NCBI GenBank assembly: GCA_002753395.1
Contig: PEAB01000009.1
Span: forward strand, 5,127-69,126
Length of the DNA stretch: 64,000 nucleotides
Origin: Nitrospirae bacterium MYbinv3
Lineage (GTDB): Bacteria; Nitrospirota; Thermodesulfovibrionia; Thermodesulfovibrionales; Magnetobacteriaceae
Direction: 5' to 3'
Below, one piece after another: positions 58,238 to 64,000 of this stretch. How positions within the stretch are numbered: the first letter of the stretch is position 1; each line of letters opens with the position of its first letter. Under the pieces are notes generated by a model, which was given only the letters and a program-made list of their open reading frames with translations, did no database searches and was not told where the DNA came from. Both the position numbers and the translations under genes were made by a program.

Positions 58238-59473
58238 TTATCTGATCTTACTTAATACTTCCTCAAAGGATTTCATGTTTGGTGTTATATGGTGCGGCTT
58301 AACAGTCTTACCGTTAAGTGCCTCCTGAGTCTTTAATCCATTACCGGTTACACAGATAACGGTTGTCTCGTCCCTTCCTATTATGCCACGCTCTATGAGT
58401 TTACGAGTGACTGCCACGGTGACACCGCCTGCTGTCTCAGCAAATATGCCCTCTGTACGTGCCAACAGTTTTATGCCATCTATAATTTCGTCATCTGTTA
58501 CGTCCTCGCCCGCTCCCCCGGTTTCCTGCACAATCTTAGTGGCATAATAACCATCGGCAGGGTTTCCTATGGCAAGAGATTTAGCTATCGTATGGGGCTT
58601 GATCGGTCTTATGACATCGGTCTTACTCTTAAGCGCATGGACTATGGGGTTACACCCCAGAGCCTGTGCAGCAAAGACCCTCGTATTGAGCTTCTCAATA
58701 ATGCCGATCTCATAGAATTCCTTAAAGCTCTTCCATACCTTTGTCAGCAGAGAACCGCTTGCACAGGGAACAACCACGTTGTCTGGGGCAACCCAGTCTA
58801 ATTGCTCTATCGTCTCAAAACCAAGCGTCTTTGATCCCTCGGCATAAAACGGCCTTATGTTTATGTTTACGAATGCCCACCTATACTTATTCGCTATCTC
58901 ACTGCACAACCGGTTAACCTCGTCATAGTTACCATCAACTGCTATAAGGTTCGGCTCATAAATGAGCGACGCCACTATCTTACTTGCCTCAAGGGTGGCG
59001 GGTATAAAGATAAACCTTTTAAATCCGGATTTAGCGCCGTGTGCTGAAACGGAATGAGCCAGATTCCCCGTTGATGCACAGGCAACGGTATCAAAACCAA
59101 ACTCCTTGGCCTTAGTAAGGGCAACCGCCACAACCCGATCCTTAAACGAAAGGGTTGGATGCACAACGGTATCATCCTTTACGTATAGGTTATTAACACC
59201 AAGCTCACTGGCAAGGTTCTCTGTCCGTACCAGTGGCGTGAAACCAGAATGGAGACCTACCTGTGGTTCACCATCTATAGGTAGCAACTCCCTGTACCTC
59301 CAAAGGTTCTTCTGTCGTTGAAGTATCGTCTCTCTCGTAAGAGCCTGCTTTACAGCCTTATAGTCATAAACAACCTCAAGAGGACCAAAACAAAACTCAC
59401 ACACGTAAATCGGCTCTATCGGATACTCCCTTGCACATTCCCGGCACTTCAATCCCACAACAAAACCCATCAA
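58238..59473 (-). CDS. Threonine-synthase-like PLP enzyme with N-terminal Zn ribbon
   Basis: CREC/CEFC, HPTLSFKDR, CASTGNLA, ETAGG, TGNGLKT. Confidence 0.88.
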   Translation of the reverse strand: MMGFVVGLKCRECAREYPIEPIYVCEFCFGPLEVVYDYKAVKQALTRETILQRQKNLWRYRELLPIDGEPQVGLHSGFTPLVRTENLASELGVNNLYVKDDTVVHPTLSFKDRVVAVALTKAKEFGFDTVACASTGNLAHSVSAHGAKSGFKRFIFIPATLEASKIVASLIYEPNLIAVDGNYDEVNRLCSEIANKYRWAFVNINIRPFYAEGSKTLGFETIEQLDWVAPDNVVVPCASGSLLTKVWKSFKEFYEIGIIEKLNTRVFAAQALGCNPIVHALKSKTDVIRPIKPHTIAKSLAIGNPADGYYATKIVQETGGAGEDVTDDEIIDGIKLLARTEGIFAETAGGVTVAVTRKLIERGIIGRDETTVICVTGNGLKTQEALNGKTVKPHHITPNMKSFEEVLSKIR

Positions 59474-59610
59474 TTAACCTCCTTTCTTTCAAAGCATTAG
59501 TATCTTTTACTCTGACTATTGTAATTAATTCTAACAGCTTTTTGAAAGGGGACGAATTGCCTCATCTAAAATCTATACGAAACAAAACCCGTTGCCTCAC
59601 ATAAAAATAT

Positions 59611-59889
59611 GGTAGTCCTGCACAAGTAGTGGTAACAGTAAACTTAACACCCTCCCCTCACCCCTAATGCTGTTGACTTAAGCATTATTGATGTATAGCA
59701 AGTAACATCTTTAGCAGCCACGCCTGACATTTACGGGGTCAAGGGGACGAGTCCCCTTGTGGGAGGGTCTAGGGAGGGCAAAGCCCTCTCTATTTTTTAG
59801 CATCTTCACAGCCTTAAGTCAACAGCATTACCCCTAACCCCTCCCACCAAGGGAGAGGGATTGAATATCACTCCCTCTGCAGGACTACC
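59611..59889. mobile_element. Family B element interrupted by an IS4-like MITE
   Basis: TIR GGTAGTCCTGCA (12/12, 18/21 extended); matches the 102-bp uninterrupted copies. Confidence 0.85.
59665..59830. mobile_element. IS4-family-like MITE (166 bp) containing a family A repeat at 59735-59790
   Basis: Perfect 18-bp TIR TAATGCTGTTGACTTAAG; 11-bp TSD CCCCT(C/A)ACCCC at 59654-59664 and 59831-59841. Confidence 0.85.
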
Positions 59890-59911
59890 CAAAATAGCGC
59901 CATCACTACTT

Positions 59912-60226
59912 CTACAGGACTACCAAGTTTATTAGCTCCTCAGAAAGTCGATCTTCATAGAGGAATTCTCGCACGTAAAAATGCAGCTTAATGTCTGGAA
60001 TCTCAGGGGGTGACTTTATTTTTGTACAATCTTTCCAGAACTCTGGCAGCTTCTCTGGATGCCTTAGTACCTGCTTACTTAGATCCTGCCAAACGCTTAT
60101 CCACTCTTTAGTATAATGGTCTTTTAGGTCTGCCTCCTGGATTTCTTTAATCCACTGCCAGTACCGCCCGCTGTTGAGCAGTTTATCGAGTTCCTTTCTT
60201 ACCCTCTTTTCTTTTGACTTATTCAA
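59912..60226 (-). pseudogene. Truncated hypothetical gene downstream of the hsp70 paralog
   Basis: Frame runs into a solo family B terminus (59902-59924), which supplies the TAG stop. Confidence 0.6.
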
Positions 60227-61951
60227 TGTCCTCTAAGTCTTCCTCTATATCTTCTATCTTTTCAATAAGCTCTCCCTCAAGGTCATCTATTATACCATCA
60301 TCTTCTTTATCTCTTAATGCACGTTGATACCTCTCACCAATCTCTATCAACTCATCCCTCTGTTTAGCATCAATATCCTGTCTGTCAGAGAGGGCTTTAT
60401 ACCTTGAGATTATGTAATTCAATATCTCTTGATCTCCGCTGTCAGTCCCCTTTTCCCTAACCTCTTTGGTGCGCACATCAAGGGTAACCTCTTTGCGGTT
60501 GTCATACCCTTTCTGATCCACAGTGATGTGGACGATGCCCTCCTTGTCGTAGGCAAACTCCGTTGTAACGATAGTGTTGCTTGGAGCCGGCTTTAGTGTA
60601 AAGAAGAACTCCCCTATTAAGGTATTCTCTTTACACGAGTAACTCTCTCCTTGATATACCTGTACCTTAACGGCTTCCTAATTTCTAACCATTGTATAAT
60701 AACTCTCTGACTTGCGTACTGGTATCTTTGTGTTTCTTCTTATAATCACTGAGAAGTAATCGGCGTCACCGGTCTGCATATCAAAATCGTCCGCTGTTTT
60801 TACCCCCAGGGAATGTGCTGTAACATCAAGCAGGATATGACCTATGTGCTCACCGGTTATAAGCCCGCTCTGAACTGCAGCGCCAAGAGAGACACACAGA
60901 TCAGGGTCTACAGAGTGCAGTATCGGTCGATCAAAGATACCCTCTAAAGACTTTTGAACAATCGGCGTCCTTGTGGATCCCCCAACTAACAGTACCTCGC
61001 TAATGTCCTTGCTTGAAAGGTTTGCCTCTATCAGGGCATCGTGAACCTTTTCGATGGTCTTTTCAACGAGGTTTCTTATCATCTCCTCATATTCAACCCT
61101 GGAGACCTCCAGGTTGAGGTTTACGGGTTCACCATCCATCATTACAACAGAGGCCTCCTTTACAACTGCAAAGGGGCTGTCAGACAGAAGTATCTTTGTC
61201 CTCTCTGCTATACTTTTTAGCCTTACTTGTAGGACAACATCAGGCGTTGAGAGATCAAGACCCGTTTTCTCTCTTAACCTGCGAACAAACATATCAACAA
61301 GGCTTTGGTCAAAGTCGTCTCCACCTAAGGCGGTGTCCCCGCATGAGGCCAACACCTCCTTTATCTCGCCCTTTATCTCAAGTATGGAGACGTCAAACGT
61401 CCCGCCGCCTAGGTCGTAAACGAGAATATAGAGGGTACTGAGTTTGTCAGTCATAGAGACATAGTCATAGACTAAGGATGCTGCCGTCGGTTCGTTGACA
61501 ATCCGCAGTACCTCAAGGCCAGCCAACTCACCTGCCGATATAGTTGCCCGCCTCTGCGCGTCGTTAAAGTAGGCCGGAACTGTTATAACAACCTTTTTTA
61601 TCTCAGAACCTATATGCTTTTCAGCCCTTTCTATTAGACGTTTGAGGATAAAGGATGATATCTCAGGGGGTGAAAACTCCTTATTGCAAGCTTCACCATT
61701 GTCTCCTTTCCCATGAGCCTCTTTATTGACCTTACAGTGTGCTGAGGATAAGCAGATAAACGATTAAGAGCCTCCCGGCCAACCAATATCTGTCTCTTTT
61801 TTTCATCATAGTTTACGACAGAGGGCATAATTGGAGTGTCAGCCTCTACAGGGATGATAACAGGTTTTCCATTTTTCAGGTAAGATATGCACGAGTTTGT
61901 GGTTCCCAGATCGATTCCACAAATAATTGATTGTCCTTTGGGATCTTTCAC
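60219..61951 (-). pseudogene. Hsp70/DnaK paralog with a 1-bp deletion near 61688 and an in-frame TAG at 60678-60680
   Basis: GIDLGTTNS, ITVPAYFNDAQR, NEPTAA, DLGGGTFDVS, LGGDDFD, VGGSTR; repaired length about 577 aa. Confidence 0.9.
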
Positions 61952-61954
61952 GTT

Positions 61955-62542
61955 TTAGTCTCCTTTATAATCTCCTATTATGACCTTTGCCGGCTTTACG
62001 ATGTTCTCTCTATACCGAAACCCTGGCTAGAGAACTCGTTCAACAACTGGGTTGTCAACTTCACCGTCTGTTTGCGAGCAGACGTTCCCTACAGCCTCAT
62101 GGAGCACCGGATCGAAAGGTAAGCTGATGTCCCGTATGACCTCAATGTTGAACAAAGAAAGAACGGCTTCCAATTTCTGCCATACTATCTCCATTGCTTC
62201 CTCCTGACCGGCTGATAGATCCTGGCTCTGTCTAAAGGAATCACTCAGAAAGAAAAAGTTATCAGTAAGGTCTATGAAAGGCTGTAAGTCTTGAAGATTT
62301 TTTTGATTAATCCTTTCAATGATATCATTTCTTATGACCTCCATAGATATCCCCTGTCTTCTTATTGCCTTCTTTATATCTTTTATTTCGTTGAACAACT
62401 CATCAGACTGCGCTTTTTGAGCATAATCAAGCAATTGAACGGGCTTCTTAGAGTGTCTTTGTTGAAACTCATTGATAAAGTTTCCTATACTTCTTATATA
62501 GCGTCCAAAGTTCTTAAAGCGCTCTTTAGCTTTTTTAAACAT
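61955..62542 (-). pseudogene. GrpE-like gene with in-frame TAG at 62027-62029
   Basis: FDPVLHEAV, then VL*PGFRYRENIVKPAKVII, the GrpE C-terminal motif continuing past the stop. Confidence 0.85.
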
Positions 62543-62596
62543 CAGTGATGAAACACAAAAGTAGATTCCGTTGTCAATGAGGGGGCATCTGTTTAA

Positions 62597-62974
62597 CTAG
62601 AGTTCAAAGACGTCCTTTTTGTGTTCTAAAGTCTTTTGGTAGCCAACTATGGATTTGTTATCTGAGAGCTTTACACTTATTATATCAAATCTGACCGACG
62701 GCTCAGAGGTCAATCCTTGCAGGTATAACTGGGCTGTCTTTAAGATCTTTTGCCTTTTTCTGTATGTAATGCTCTCGTAAGGCTGACCAAAGTCATCGCT
62801 CCTCCTGGTCTTTACCTCTATAAACACGATTGTCTCACCATCCTTGGCTATGATGTCGAGTTCGCCAACAGTATTTCTATAGTTTCTCTCTATAATCGAG
62901 TAACCAAGCCTCTTAAGATGGCGCGCTGCAACCCATTCGCCGTATCTGCCTATCATAAGGTTTGCTGTCGACAT
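62597..62974 (-). CDS. yraN: YraN/UPF0102 family protein
   Basis: GRYGE..AA..L, ERNYR...GELDII, VFIEVKTR, RFDII. Confidence 0.93.
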   Translation of the reverse strand: MSTANLMIGRYGEWVAARHLKRLGYSIIERNYRNTVGELDIIAKDGETIVFIEVKTRRSDDFGQPYESITYRKRQKILKTAQLYLQGLTSEPSVRFDIISVKLSDNKSIVGYQKTLEHKKDVFEL

Positions 62975-63071
62975 TAATCACCTTACAGGTTGACTGGCAA
63001 GTAGTAAACATAATTGGGGGAGACAGGCTGTAAAGCTGTTATGCATTATGAAGCTAGTCTCACCCCTGTTG

Positions 63072-63497
63072 TTACTTTTTATCAGCAGGTGCTTCTTTGC
63101 TACCGGTATCAGATTGCTGCTTGTCCTTAGCAGGAGTGTTTGCTTGAGCTGGTTTTTGCTCTTGATTATCCTTCTGTGGTACTACACCGATCTCTCCAGC
63201 AGGAAGCTTGGCTTTGCCTGGGGCAGTAGAGGAGGTGTGTGGTAGAGCAGGTGCTTCTATTACAGACACCCGCTTTGCCTCAAGAAACGAAAGCAAAAAG
63301 GAGGTAATCATAAACACTATCGCTGTTGTAGTCGTTAGTTTGGTTAAAAACGTAGCCGCCCCGCGTGTACCAAACACGGTCTGACTTGAGCCGCCAAAGG
63401 CTGCACCCATCTGTGCCCCCTTGGAACTCTGGATAAGCACGACAAAGACGATTACGAAACAAACTATTATATGTAATATCATCAATAAGATATGCAT
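63072..63497 (-). CDS. secG: Preprotein translocase subunit SecG
   Basis: VLIQSSKGAQMGAAFGGSSQTVFG; follows tpiA. Confidence 0.93.
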   Translation of the reverse strand: MHILLMILHIIVCFVIVFVVLIQSSKGAQMGAAFGGSSQTVFGTRGAATFLTKLTTTTAIVFMITSFLLSFLEAKRVSVIEAPALPHTSSTAPGKAKLPAGEIGVVPQKDNQEQKPAQANTPAKDKQQSDTGSKEAPADKK

Positions 63498-63504
63498 TTA
63501 ACCC

Positions 63505-64000
63505 TTACCTGAACTTTACGATTTTTGCAAAGCTGTCTGCCTTAAGGCTTGCCCCGCCCACCAAGGCGCCATTGACGTCTGGCTGTGACATAAGCTCGGC
63601 GATGTTTTCTGGTTTGACGCTACCGCCGTACTGTATCCGTATCTCATTGGCCTTATCACCGTATAGTGCCTTGAGTTGTTCCCTTACGTAGACATGTGCC
63701 TCCTGTGCCTGCTGTGGTGTTGCCGTAACGCCTGTGCCGATTGCCCAGATTGGTTCATATGCTATTACCAGTTTTTCAGGGGCAACGTCTTTTAGACCAC
63801 CCTCTATCTCTCTCTTTATGATATCAAAGGTCTTGCCGCTATTTCTCTCTGGCCGGGTTTCTCCTATGCAATACATGACGCTTAGACCTGCGGCCATGGC
63901 GGCCTTTACTTTTTTGTTGCAGAACTCGTCGCTTTCATTAAAGTACTGCCTCCTCTCGGAATGACCTACAATAACGTAGGAGCAGCCAACGTCTATAAGC
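63505..64000 (-). CDS. tpiA: Triosephosphate isomerase, 5-prime part outside the window
   Basis: GHSERR, AYEPIWAIGTG, YGGSVKP, LVGGASL. Confidence 0.97.
   Translation of the reverse strand, partial: LIDVGCSYVIVGHSERRQYFNESDEFCNKKVKAAMAAGLSVMYCIGETRPERNSGKTFDIIKREIEGGLKDVAPEKLVIAYEPIWAIGTGVTATPQQAQEAHVYVREQLKALYGDKANEIRIQYGGSVKPENIAELMSQPDVNGALVGGASLKADSFAKIVKFR

Noticed and set aside
59474-59610. SAM or other riboswitch upstream of the thrC-like operon
   Set aside because: No recognisable conserved core by eye; only two TTGCCTCA 8-mers. An Rfam scan would settle it.
60678-62029. Amber (TAG) recoding to Gln in grpE and hsp70
   Set aside because: TAG ends genuine genes in this window (mamP at 43805, yraN at 62597), and the same locus also has a frameshift and a MITE truncation.
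60678-62029. CAG to TAG changes caused by methylation at CCWGG
   Set aside because: The inferred original contexts are TCAGG and CCAGC, not CCWGG or CCSGG.
62975-63071. tRNA-Leu often found after secG
   Set aside because: No cloverleaf or TTCGA T-loop on either strand.

Overview
Bacterial chromosomal segment, almost certainly from a magnetotactic Nitrospirota (Magnetobacteriaceae-like); the genus cannot be fixed from sequence alone. The core is a minus-strand magnetosome gene cluster of about 22 kb (29050-50856) containing mad28, a pseudo-receiver protein, a MinD/ParA ATPase, mamK, mad10, mamP, mamM, two mamQ, mamB, mad2, mamA, mamI, mamE, mamO-Cter, mad23 and several coiled-coil man/mad genes. 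mamP is split by an exact 92-bp tandem duplication. Left of the cluster are a hybrid kinase, a sigma-54 glnK-amtB-porin operon, mqnB, NUDIX, cupin, chrB, mltA/murQ/anmK, an anammox-type Rieske/cytochrome b operon with an NAD(P)-flavoprotein, gspCD, a GGDEF-EAL gene, a solitary DNA methylase and an AT-rich two-component block. Right of it are sugar-nucleotide genes, an MvaI/BcnI-type restriction-modification pair, a thrC-like/sulfur-carrier/NIL/thrC operon, a decayed grpE-hsp70 module, yraN, secG and partial tpiA. Intergenic DNA holds at least seven families of short repeats or MITEs, several nested in one another, some with clear TIRs and TSDs. No rRNA, tRNA, CRISPR or transposase gene was seen. 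Names of the man genes, mad24-26 and mad31 rest on recalled gene order only.
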